This document shows, piece after piece, positions 1 to 11,259 of a stretch of DNA of 56,730 nucleotides. Made by a program: the position numbers and the translations under genes. Position 1 is the stretch's first letter; each line of letters begins with the position of its first letter. The stretch covers positions 123,402,793 through 123,459,522 of the forward strand of contig NC_068981.1 in assembly GCF_001194135.2 (NCBI RefSeq), written 5' to 3'. The notes beneath the pieces are model-generated. The model saw only the letters and a program-made list of their open reading frames with translations. It searched no databases and had not been told where the DNA came from. The stretch comes from Octopus bimaculoides (taxonomy: Eukaryota).

Positions 1-74
<74 letters not shown>

Positions 75-116
75 TTAATAATAATAATGATAATAATATT
101 AATAATAATAATAATG

Positions 117-174
<58 letters not shown>

Positions 175-225
175 TAATAATGATAATGATAATAATAATA
201 ATTCTTATTATTATCATTATTATTA

Positions 226-293
<68 letters not shown>

Positions 294-298
294 GATAT
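1..298. repeat. (TAA)n microsatellite switching to (TTA)n near 201-204
   Basis: Read directly. The 87..320 poly-Ile ORF is an artefact of this tract. Confidence 0.97.
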
Positions 299-299
299 T

Positions 300-2250
300 G
301 CTTCGGAATTTTTTTTATGAGTATTTTCCAAGATCTAAGTAATTGTTTTCAGGAAAGAAAGGAGAAAGTTTTGGTATATTTCTTAAATTGTGCTTAATGA
401 AATTGAACATAAAGTAATTATAGAGAAAATTAAGATGAATACAAATATAATAAAAGAAAATGAATACTCAACTGCTCGCAAAATATTAAATATTGATGAA
501 AAGTTACACAGTAAATAAGAAACAGCTTGATAACGGATTGAAGTATACGTTTGTAAGCTAGTATTTACCTGTTAGTGTATGTTTTCTGAAGGAACATGAT
601 TTAGAAACCAGAGCTCGACCCTTCACAACTTATGATAAATAATATAAGTAACCACCATATCATTCGAGTAATGAAAACTCTGAATTCACACGTAAGATAT
701 ATGCCACTCATAACATATTCACAAGTCTACATCAACCCTAAACAAAATGAAGAAAAACCCGAAGGAGAAAATAGTAAGACATTTAAATTATATACGTATA
801 CATATTATTCTTAAACACGAACTGAAATGAATCAGTAACAGAAAGAATAAAAACATAGATATTAAGAAAAGATGTTAAAAATGCAAATACGAAAACCAAA
901 ACCTCAAATCTAAAAATGTAGTGAATTTAGATATTAAAAGAAAACAAAATAACAAAGAAACTGAATTTGAATAAAGCAATAGAGAGGAGAACTGGAATTA
1001 CGTTAACGAAAATATGAATGCAATATGATAATGATCACTACAGAATGTTCTAAAATTTGAATTATATAAAACAACAACCCAAGGCGACAATCCTCATATA
1101 TATAAAAATTGTGAAACATTTTTAGACGAAAGATATACTCTGTAGAGGTAATATTTTACATGTAAACAGTGTGTTATTGTTGATTTCCTGGAAACAGATA
1201 CCAGGATCTATATCGTCGATACAAGTAGAGTGTCCACCGAAACAAATACAGCAGTCATGAAACAAATCAATAGCTAAATCCATTCAAATAATATAGTCAA
1301 TATTTCTACAAAGAAATATAGTTTGTTAAAGCCATTGAAAAAAACGTAGTCTATGTTAGACAAGCTCTGCCAGAAAATTCGACACTGAAACAAAACAATT
1401 GCAAAAATGGAAATAACTCATTATGAGGAAAATTTATTCATTTCAAGGCCAAAACAAAATGAGTTTCCTAACAGCAAGATAAGCCGGAGCTTGGGCAATG
1501 GGAAAGACAGTGGATGGATCTCAAGATAGCTTCGTCCAAGTATTCATCTCTCCTTCTTTTTATGTCTTAAGCAAACATACGTAACCAATACACTTGTCCA
1601 GGCAGCAAACATATACAACTTCTACTGCTACAATCAGTCATAATATTCTGAATATAAAGTCAATTTGTATACTGCACATGTCAAACAACTGAAGCACTGT
1701 CACATACGTTTACAGATTCACAAAGAAAATTCTTAATTAGCACTGACATAAAATTCAGTTAAAAAAATACAGTAATGCAACTTTGAAAAGCAGAAAATTA
1801 AATATTAATTAAAATCACTAATATGCTGTTAGATAATAGATGAGAGATATGAAAATTACTCTAAACATAGGCAAATGTTTAAAAATTAATAAAGTAGACA
1901 GCAGACAAGAGACACTAATGAAAGAAATTGCCCTGAAGGGATACTTTAAACAAATAAAATATTTACAACAGTCAACAGAACAAAAATAACATATGTCTCA
2001 AAACTTATATCTTTTTCAGTAATCAATTCTACTTATAATACACTTAACAGGAAGCTAAGTAAATTAATAAGACAGAACAAGAATAATATTGGCTGCATTT
2101 AGAAAACAACACCCGAAAGCAAGAGTGACAAAACTATTCTGTTTAAAACGATTATATTTAGTGATGTTCCGCTCCTAGAAAAAAAATATTCTGAAGTATT
2201 TATTGTTGAACGGCAAAATATATATACGAAAGAATGAAGTAAAATTAACG
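300..2250 (+). mobile_element. Degenerate R4/Dong-clade non-LTR retrotransposon, RT region
   Basis: A-rich strand with frameshifted motifs in the expected order: FVQVFISP (1531-1554, QGD.LSP-like), DMKITLNIGKC (1846-1878, DI.M.FG.DKC-like) and DRTRIILAAFRKQHPKARVTKLF (2071-2139, DRKTRK.LT....HPKS.V.RLY-like). The 5' boundary is approximate. Confidence 0.65.
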
Positions 2251-2329
2251 CAAATGGCTATAAGACATGAGACGAGGAAAGACAAATGCTTTACGTCTTC
2301 AAAGGAAATCAACAAATATAAAAGAGACA

Positions 2330-2490
2330 CGCTCGTCTTAGCGTCATGACAGCTGACCGGTTCAGCAAAAGAGACGGATAGAATATGTAACAGGCTTAAA
2401 AATAAGTGCTAGGGTCAATTCAGTCGACTTAAAATTCAAAGTGGTCGCCCGCCATGGTCGCAATTTAATGACTGAAACAATTAAGACGTA
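2330..2490 (+). mobile_element. SINE family B, 3' half
   Basis: Matches the 3' part of the full copy at 28751-29146 (cggttc.gcaaaagagac.gatagaata...atgactgaaaca). Confidence 0.7.
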
Positions 2491-2820
2491 GACGATATAA
2501 GAAAAAGAAACCGGAATTAAATTATCTAGGATTACAAAAGGTCATTCGAAGACGTATGTGAGAAAAATCGTATGACAAGATGTTGGAAAAGGGGCGCGGA
2601 TAAAGAATATCTAATTACGAAATGAGGAGCGCAATAACTCAAAGATAAGATCGGAGATTTAGTTTATTCTTTCTTAGTATAACAGTATAACGCCTAAACG
2701 TTTCAACCAAGAACCATATAAAGTAATCTACTCCCGAAGAATATTAAGGGTAAAAGTAAATATACACAAAAATCTTCAGATTTATTCAAGAGAGACAGTT
2801 CTCTTTAAATTGTTTCTATC

Positions 2821-3875
2821 ATTAGACTAAAGCCACGCTGGAATAGCGCAATGAAGAATTTTTGTCGAATGAATTCAGCCCAGTAATTTTTTAAAGCATG
2901 GTACTGTTTTCGGGACGTAAACACCGATTGTCACACACGCGCGCACACACACACACACACATATACGAGGTCTGTTCAATAAGTATCAGGACCGTTGCCA
3001 TAGTAACGAGGCTAAAGAACACAGCGTAAAGCCGTTTCGCAAAGATTGACCTTGAACTCAACTGTGCATGTGCACTTAGATTTATGTTATATCTCACTTC
3101 CGCTGTTTAAAGCAGTGCTCGGAAGGATGGTGTGTAGCGTGTGATCGTCGCATTGAGAAAGTTGTCACGGCGATATCTGCAAAGTTGTAGAAAGTGTGTG
3201 AAGGGAAGTGTATGAGCCGCACACAAGTATCCGAGTGGTTCAGACGTTTCCAAGATAGCTGAAAAAAATGTTGATATTGACTAATGTCTGGGAGACCCGC
3301 AACCATAAAGACTGAGAAAAACATCGTAGATGTGCATGCAGCTGTGAGAGGAAATCGTCGAATCACCATCCGTGACTTATCAGATGTGCACATTAGTTAC
3401 GGTTCAGTTCATTCCATTATCACTGAAGAACTGCCAAGTTTGTGCCAAAATTGCTTTCCGCTCTCCTTGATTGTGCCAAGGACGATGAAAATGTCTTGAA
3501 AACTTTGCGTAGGCCACTGTGCAGGTAACGCCAAATTTTTGGCAAGATTTGATGCAGATTCTCTGCTCGTCTTTGTCTGTCATGATGAATGCAACGATCA
3601 TACGCTACACACCTTCCTTCCAAACACTGCTGTGGACAGTGGAAGTTGGTTGGAACGTTAAAACTTAGTGCACATGCACAGCATAGTGCAACGTCAATCT
3701 GTGCCAAGCGGCTTTACTCTGCGTGTTTTAGCTTCTTTACTATGGCAACGTGCGGCTACTTATTGATCAGACCACGTATATGACAGGTTTCTTTCTATTT
3801 CAGTCTATCGAGTCCACTCACAAGGAACCATGTGGCCAGGAAGCAAACTTCTTACCACACAACCTCGCCTGTGCC
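2821..3875 (-). mobile_element. SINE family B interrupted by the mariner derivative
   Basis: 3' part and (CA)n at 2821-2963; the sequence resumes at 3779 with family B body and head (ccactcacaagg...cttcttaccacacaacctcgcc). Confidence 0.7.
2966..3776. mobile_element. Mariner-derived element made of two inverted 5' ends, TA-flanked
   Basis: TA at 2964-65 and 3777-78; imperfect inverted arms of about 190 bp. Plus-strand HTH fragment MSRTQVSEWFRRF...GRPATIKTEKNI...NRRITIRDL...ISYGSVHSIITEEL; minus-strand N-terminus EQRICIKSCQKFG. Confidence 0.9.
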
Positions 3876-3891
3876 TGTTTACCACAACTAC

Positions 3892-4668
3892 GCCTATTCA
3901 AAGATTTACAAAACTCTAGTCACCTGGAAAGTACGATTTCCTAACTTCAATGCGCTGGTTGTAGTGATCCAGCTACTTCGTGAAGGCCACAAGGAAATCT
4001 TCCTGAGTGAAGGTATGCCACAGCCTTCTTCACTTTAAAAACGACTTCCCCATGAGGATATCATTCAGCTTGGGGAGCCACTAAAAGTCACTGTGAGTCA
4101 CGTGGGGACGGTAGAGATGGTAAGGGGCATGTATTGATGCCCCCTTCAGTGGAGTAGTTGTTAATAGAATGCTTGTTACTGAGCAGCATTCGAACAAATT
4201 TTGCACAACATTTGCGCATGCTCATGTCTTCATGAATAATTATGTGTACAGTTGTCACCTCAACTCCAAACTGTATACATTTGTGTTTATAAACACACGT
4301 CACTAGTCGTATAGAAAATTCCAAATATCTCCTCCAGACCACATATTCAGACGTCTCTTTCATTACAACGCTTTTCATCGTATTATGCCTCTACTTTAGG
4401 GTGCTTGAATATCTTGCACCACCGAAAACGTTAATCCATAAGCAGTCTGGAATATTTGATAAGTTTCTGTAGTGCTTTTTCCCCAGATTAACAGAAACCT
4501 GTATTGCATAGTGAACTCCCAAATGTTCCGACATGATTCTGAAATATATTCCATAGGATGTGTTCAAATTGCTGTTACAAGCGTCTCCTTCAATATGATA
4601 ACAATAATCTACGACAGCTATAGCTGTTTCTCCTAAAAGAAAAGCTGAAGTCTTCTGGAATATACCTC
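3892..4668 (-). mobile_element. Second mariner remnant, internally deleted
   Basis: Minus-strand pieces: HYAIQVSVNLGKSTTETYQIFQTAYG (N-terminus), VHIIIHEDMSMRKCCAKFV, and C-terminal QEDFLVAFTK*LDHYNQRIEVRKSYFPGD* ending at 3916 (YFEGD-like). Confidence 0.8.
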
Positions 4669-4669
4669 C

Positions 4670-4681
<12 letters not shown>

Positions 4682-4741
<60 letters not shown>
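4682..4741. repeat. (GT)n microsatellite
   Basis: Read directly. Confidence 0.97.
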
Positions 4742-4743
<2 letters not shown>

Positions 4744-4756
4744 TGCGAGTGCATGC

Positions 4757-4841
4757 GATATTTAAACTCAGAACGTAAAGACGGATGAAATACCGATAAG
4801 CATTGTGCCCGGCGTGTTAAAGATTCTTGCAGCTCGCCCCC
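4757..4841 (-). mobile_element. SINE family A head fragment
   Basis: aactcagaacgtaaagacggatgaaataccgataagcatt...ccggcgtg matches family A reverse complement. Confidence 0.8.
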
Positions 4842-5488
4842 GTAATCACAACTGAAATAATAACAGTTTATAGCATACTAAACGTGACAGAAAATTCGAG
4901 GGAGGGTCTAGTGTATTCTGCCTAACTCAGTACTGGGCTGCTACTTTCATTGACACGGAAAGACTGCAAAATAAAGCTGGTTCATCAACTGGATCGGTCA
5001 AAATTCAGTGGTCAAAATGACACTTGATTAGTAATCCGGGATAGCTGAATAGGGTGTCATGTTGAAAGACTGTTATTGTGTGTGATACGAATAAGACTAT
5101 GATCGACTGTTTCTTTTGCGAAGTTTTGACAGTGTTTTCCCCTGACTGTCGAGTGTTGATAAACAGTAGTAAATATAAACGATAACATATTTAAAGGTTC
5201 TTAGAACAGGCTATGTTTTTCTTGGAAACGTCATTAAATGACATTCAGTGTACATGTTGCACAGCAAAATCCTGCTTTCCAGTTAATATGATGAAAGTTG
5301 GATGAGAGTTACCAGACACCTACAGGTGGGTATATATAGTCCCAATTATTATACTGTATATTCACATATTCAGTATACGGAGAAGATTATTGTTGAGTAA
5401 CATGATTTGCGCTATATATTATATCATATTATATTATACATACATACATACATACATACATACGTACATACATACATATATATATATA

Positions 5489-5706
5489 NNNNNNNNNNNN
5501 NNNNNNNNNNNNNNNNNNNNNNNNNNNNNNNNNNNNNNNNNNNNNNNNNNNNNNNNNNNNNNNNNNNNNNNNNNNNNNNNNNNNNNNNNNNNNNNNNNNN
5601 NNNNNNNNNNNNNNNNNNNNNNNNNNNNNNNNNNNNNNNNNNNNNNNNNNNNNNNNNNNNNNNNNNNNNNNNNNNNNNNNNNNNNNNNNNNNNNNNNNNN
5701 NNNNNN
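5489..5706. other. Assembly gap (N run)
   Basis: N run after a (TACA)n/(TA)n tract. Other gaps: 10500-11039, 12112-12121, 15053-15151, 25356-25431, 34451-34960, 38752-39135. Confidence 1.
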
Positions 5707-5799
5707 GGGGGGGGGGGAATTATCACAACTGGTCTGAGGTTGCCGTGAAGAAGGTGAAACGAAAACGGGCCAGGGAATAAGGTTAGGAGTTATGTCCCT

Positions 5800-5840
5800 T
5801 GGTTGGGCACGCTTCTTACCACACAGCCACGCTTGCACCT
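5800..5840 (-). mobile_element. SINE family B head fragment
   Basis: ttggttgggcacgcttcttaccacacagccacgc matches the family B tRNA-like head. Confidence 0.6.
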
Positions 5841-6713
5841 ATATATATTCCCATACATACATTGGTAGAGGTTAACTTGTGGCCGAGTAAAGCCACTTCC
5901 TAAAGTCAGTAAGTCCGTGAGTCTGTGCAAAACATCAGTTGCAAACCAGAAGTTGAGAGGACCAGAAAACAATTGCACTTCCGATATTTTTAATGGGATT
6001 GCCTTCAAGAAGGAAGTTTTAACGGGAACTAGGGATGCTTCACTCCCAATGGTTTATATACCAATTAACTAATCGCTGGGACCCTATCACATGATCCTAC
6101 TCCGGAGTAGATTAAACCTGGGAACAATATTAGTTAAGTGGTATTTCTACCCTCTTCAAAAACCCTGGAACTCAATAGCAGGGCCCAGCTACCGCATGCA
6201 GTTCAAAGTCATATTGATACATACACACATCCATATAGTGACACACACAAGTGCACACATAAACAGACATAAAGACGCACAGACACACATATAGATAGAT
6301 ACAACAGTATAAGAAGAGGAATGTAGTAGCAGAGTGACTGAGAAACAACGCAACAAATGCATATTGTCACAGTGAACTCATAGTTGCGGCTACCATTGTT
6401 TTCAGTGGTAGCCAGTCACATTGCTCGCTCACACCCTTAGGCTAACCAGAAAAGAAAGGAACGTACTTTTCACCAGGGCACCACCATAACGGAACGTCCA
6501 GCTGAAGAACGACCACAGAGCTAGCAGAAAGGTCTGTATAATAGCATTGTTATTGCGTCTTACGATAATAGTTAAGCGATCGTAATAGGGGAACACTAGA
6601 CAAATTCTGAGGATGGTTATAATCTAAATTCACCTTACATATCTGATGTATAACCTGACGGATTTGTTACTAAGTTAATCTAACATCACTTTCGTTAGAA
6701 TGTTTTAGTGGGG

Positions 6714-6906
6714 AGACAAGGCTAGCAATTGTGAGGAGAGAAGCAAGTCGATTACATTGGCCCTAGTACATGACTAGTAATTATTTTATCGATCCCGAAA
6801 AGCAAATTCATCTCGAAGTAATTTGAACTCAGAACGTAATAAGTCAGGAACGCTGCTTAGTATTTTCTTCAACGCGTTAACTATTCCAGAAGCGTGCTGC
6901 TTCGTT
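6714..6906 (-). mobile_element. SINE family A (tRNA-derived)
   Basis: aagtcgattacat...ttttatcgatcccgaaa...atttgaactcagaacgt matches family A. Confidence 0.8.
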
Positions 6907-6952
6907 GAAGACCAATGATATAAACATCGTCTTCATAATTTGGGTGGTAATT

Positions 6953-7350
6953 AAGGTGGCGAGCTGACAGAAGCGTTAGCCTGTCAGGAAAAATGCTTAG
7001 ATGCATTTCGTCCATCTTTATGTTCTAAGCTTTAATACCGCCGGAATCGATAAAATGAGTAATCGACATACCCCATTACACGAAATTGCTGACTTTGCGC
7101 CAGAATTTGAAACCAATTTATTGTTAGTAATCAGTATTATTTTGTTTGTTGGTGGTTCAGAAGCGGGGCTTCCAGAATCGTTAGTGTGTTTAATTATACT
7201 TGCGCTTTATACTTTGCAGATTCGAGGCTTTCAGTCCAAATCCAACCGAAATCAACATTGCATTTCATCCTTGGCTAAATAAAATAAATTACCATTCCAC
7301 TTCTAGGAACGATATAATCGATTGTTCCATTCCCCCAATTTTGAGACCTC
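6953..7350 (+). mobile_element. SINE family A, degenerate; one deleted copy plus a second fragment at about 7215-7350
   Basis: Head aaggtggcgagctgacagaagcgttagc; the later fragment has tgcatttcatcc...gatataatcga. Confidence 0.7.
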
Positions 7351-8649
7351 GTTTTAAGTAATAGATTAGTTAGAAGTAATAGTTATGATAATATGAATAA
7401 AGTTTGAACATTCTCATGCGAATTGGTGGCAAGTCTTTGAAATTTGCAAGCAGCTTTAGATATTTTGAAACTACTTTTCTCTCGGGGAAAAACCATAACG
7501 TAATTAATTATCTTAATAAAATATTCAGACCAATTGCATATTAGATGCTTCGGGGACTATAAATATTCCATTTGTACTGTGAAGCCTTATTGCAGCTTAA
7601 TTACTATCCTGATTACAGAATATAATGAGAAATGTTAATTGAAATGCATATAATGAATTCGTTTGATAAATTCTAAATTTTTGCAATACACTACCTACGT
7701 AAGGCGACATTTATCTTTCACTGCGTTTTAACTTTTGAAAAGGTTGTATTTTGACAAATACAATTGACAGCTGTTTATCCCAAAGGGTTGACGAGCACAA
7801 CAAGAGCATTATACATTACTTTACACGTTACATTTGCATATAAAAAACAGAGATGACGTGAAAATTAAATCTGTTTGAGAAAAAAAAAAAATCATTTGAT
7901 CCTATAGTCATATTCAGGAAACATGTAAATGTCATTAAATTTATAATTTGATTAAAAGTTTTGAAAATACTTATTAAAGCCTTAAAAGCATCTAACATAT
8001 AAGAATAAACAAACCGAATGGAGAGTTTAGCATAAACAGCTCTATATATAATGTTTTGCAATAATATATTTCTTATTACTATACAGCAATTGATCAAAAT
8101 TTCAGGGAAAGGAAACTACTGTTTTCTCTTTTGTAACTTTGTTTTTCAATATGTTTTTCTATGATGCATGAAGTCAGCTTAGTACAGTGTAAGGTCTGTC
8201 CACAGAAAAATTAAATGTATTCATTCTTTAATGTATAGCTGGGATTCCACGTTTTACTTCAGAGGATTAATAAAAGGAGATTATATAGGTAAAAACCTAT
8301 GAAATGAAATATTGAATCTACAGGAATAATGGCACACGTTATGTTAGTGAGAAAGCAAACACAATCTGTGGAAAGGAGATTAGTTGTCTCTTAAGTGGAT
8401 GCAGTAGGCTAGCATAAAAAGTGTATATGAGCATAAATGACTGAGCTGGTGAAAGATTGCACTGGAACATTAAACTGTAGAAAAGTGTCATAAAATACCA
8501 AAGCTAGAGACCGTGATGACGAATGAATATTTTATGAGCTTTCCCCATAACGAATAACCATAATAGGAAGCCTGGAGAGCAGATATGGTAGAGGACAAAA
8601 GAGCAGTGAAAGATTATAGACGGGAATATAATAACAGTATGAATATCTA

Positions 8650-9300
8650 ATAAAAAGAGAAAATCAGATCAGATTAGCCAGATGATTCTCGTCGACGCCC
8701 AGAGTCGTACTTGCCTGACATTTAACCCTTTATAGAACGCCAAAGTAGAACTTCTACTGACGTAATTGCCTGACTGACAGAGAACTGTGAGCACCTGATG
8801 ACACTCGAGGTGCCAGACGCCGTGGCTCGGTCTGCGCTTGATCCAGGGTTGAAGATCAGTCAAAAAATTAGCTATGGAAGAGCGAGTCTGACAAACGGTG
8901 TTCAAATATACGCTACATCAAGGAAGCGCTGTAGATATCGTAGTCACAGTGCTTGTTTGCACATCAGAACGCCCGGGATGCCCAGTCCTCCATTTAGTGG
9001 ATGTTGACAACAAACGGGTCACCTGACCAGTGGAACACATCCCCTCCTAAGAAAATGGAATAGTATACGCTACAGTTTGGTCAGATGTCTGCTAGAGCAA
9101 AGCACGACGGTCAGGCGGTAATATATGACGGAGGTGATGTATGCATTTGTCACCTCTGTCCGACCATTCAGAGACAGCTTTCTCTCTTCTCATTTCTGGA
9201 TGAGATTCGCTACTCTGTTCATCAACTTGTCGCAGTTGTTCTCCACTTGGAGATCCGGATTCCGAAAACCAGTTAAAGTCTATAAGCCAGGTACATACTT
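8650..9300 (-). mobile_element. Tx1/L1-clade LINE ORF2 fragment (region after the RT core)
   Basis: One minus frame with scattered stops: ...IQK*EERKLSLNGRTEVTNAYITSVIYYRLTVV...L*RILFHFL...LVR*PVCCQHPLNGGLGIP, matching W..R.LSL.GR....N...S...Y and P...GGLG.P. Confidence 0.85.
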
Positions 9301-9508
9301 TGATTCTCTAATATCTAAAATAAAAGCATCGTTGAATCTGAGAATATAATAATATGGGGAAGTGACGTTTTAGGCTATGGATCGTTATTCTATATTCAGA
9401 TTTACTAGCATAAAACATTAATTTAAAATGTTTTATTAGTCGTCGGGTGTTAAAGATGTAATTAGACAGAGTTTTATGTTTTATAACAATAAGTGTAATA
9501 AAAAATAA

Positions 9509-9511
9509 ATA

Positions 9512-9580
<69 letters not shown>
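9509..9580. repeat. (TAA)n microsatellite
   Basis: Read directly. Confidence 0.95.
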
Positions 9581-9581
<1 letters not shown>

Positions 9582-11152
9582 TTTAATTTAGTATTACGTA
9601 GAATGTTAATTAAATAATTATGAAATCGAGTCAGTATTGTCTGAAATCCGAATTATAAATTATTGAATTAGATAAAATACTCTCACATACATGTAATTTT
9701 TGGGCGATAATTGTTTTAATTGCTGCCTTCACACAACAATATCAGTTACTTCAAAACAATGTTTTATCATCTACATGAAATGATTAATAATTATTTAAAT
9801 GGCGTCATATTTCCTGCCCATAATTCTAATTTTGTCTGTTAGGATTGATAGGAATGGACGTAAAGAGATTGCTTATTTTTTAAACAAGAGTGCATTTTGC
9901 ACCAAAAGGCCAATATGAATATTTCTCTCGTGGTAACTACGCAGTAAAATGTGTTCTAACAGAACATCCACATTTAAGTAAGAATAAATATTACCTCTTG
10001 GTATGAATACAGCCACAGTTGCTAATAAATATTTTTAAACAAGATAACTGCCTAATCGCGATACCAGCGCATGTTCTGGCATTGTCAGTCTATATATCGC
10101 TGGTAGGGAGATAAGTCACTGCTATCTTTAGTTGTCGAGCTACCATCATTGACAAATCCTACGAAGGTCAAAATCATGTGATATGGTGTTTTTGGTGCTA
10201 GAGGTGGCGGGGTTGTTATTCACGAGCAACAACCTTTTCCAACTACCGCTTTTCCGAAGGTCATCAAGAAACTGTTTTCATTCCGAAATATAGAAATACA
10301 AGGTAAAACTGCAGCATTGTTCTCTTTTCTTTTGCTTTAGTAGTTTACTTTGTACCTTCTCGCATCGTTTCAGTCTTACACAACTACATTCTTTAAATCT
10401 ATACCTCAAAATGCTTCACCAAAAGTCGCTGATGTTATATATATATATACAATCAAACCTTGGGAGAGGCATTATGCCGGTAATAAACACACGCACTGTN
10501 NNNNNNNNNNNNNNNNNNNNNNNNNNNNNNNNNNNNNNNNNNNNNNNNNNNNNNNNNNNNNNNNNNNNNNNNNNNNNNNNNNNNNNNNNNNNNNNNNNNN
10601 NNNNNNNNNNNNNNNNNNNNNNNNNNNNNNNNNNNNNNNNNNNNNNNNNNNNNNNNNNNNNNNNNNNNNNNNNNNNNNNNNNNNNNNNNNNNNNNNNNNN
10701 NNNNNNNNNNNNNNNNNNNNNNNNNNNNNNNNNNNNNNNNNNNNNNNNNNNNNNNNNNNNNNNNNNNNNNNNNNNNNNNNNNNNNNNNNNNNNNNNNNNN
10801 NNNNNNNNNNNNNNNNNNNNNNNNNNNNNNNNNNNNNNNNNNNNNNNNNNNNNNNNNNNNNNNNNNNNNNNNNNNNNNNNNNNNNNNNNNNNNNNNNNNN
10901 NNNNNNNNNNNNNNNNNNNNNNNNNNNNNNNNNNNNNNNNNNNNNNNNNNNNNNNNNNNNNNNNNNNNNNNNNNNNNNNNNNNNNNNNNNNNNNNNNNNN
11001 NNNNNNNNNNNNNNNNNNNNNNNNNNNNNNNNNNNNNNNGTCTTCCACAAAGGTTAGTGACTTTCTGATAAACAATGTACAACTATTTTAAAAATAATAT
11101 ATAAAGAAATCTTTGTTAAACTTGGTAAAGTGTACCAAATAATTTTCAGGAA

Positions 11153-11188
<36 letters not shown>

Positions 11189-11259
11189 CAAACCTTGGGA
11201 GAGGCATTATGCCGGTAATAAACACACGCACTGTATATATATATAATTTTTAAAATTTA

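Noticed and set aside
87-320. Poly-Ile ORF and similar low-complexity ORFs (poly-L 55609-55929, poly-Y/N 55359-55595, YI/CV/TH repeats)
   Set aside because: Translations of microsatellites, with no splice or homology support.
5390-5838. Long ORFs spanning N runs (also 10350-11091, 34362-34964, 38456-39295)
   Set aside because: Open only because of X codons in assembly gaps.
5860-6215. GC-richer island, probably a repeat fragment (also 10050-10280, 14330-14570, 44540-44840)
   Set aside because: No motif, terminal repeat or second copy found in the window.
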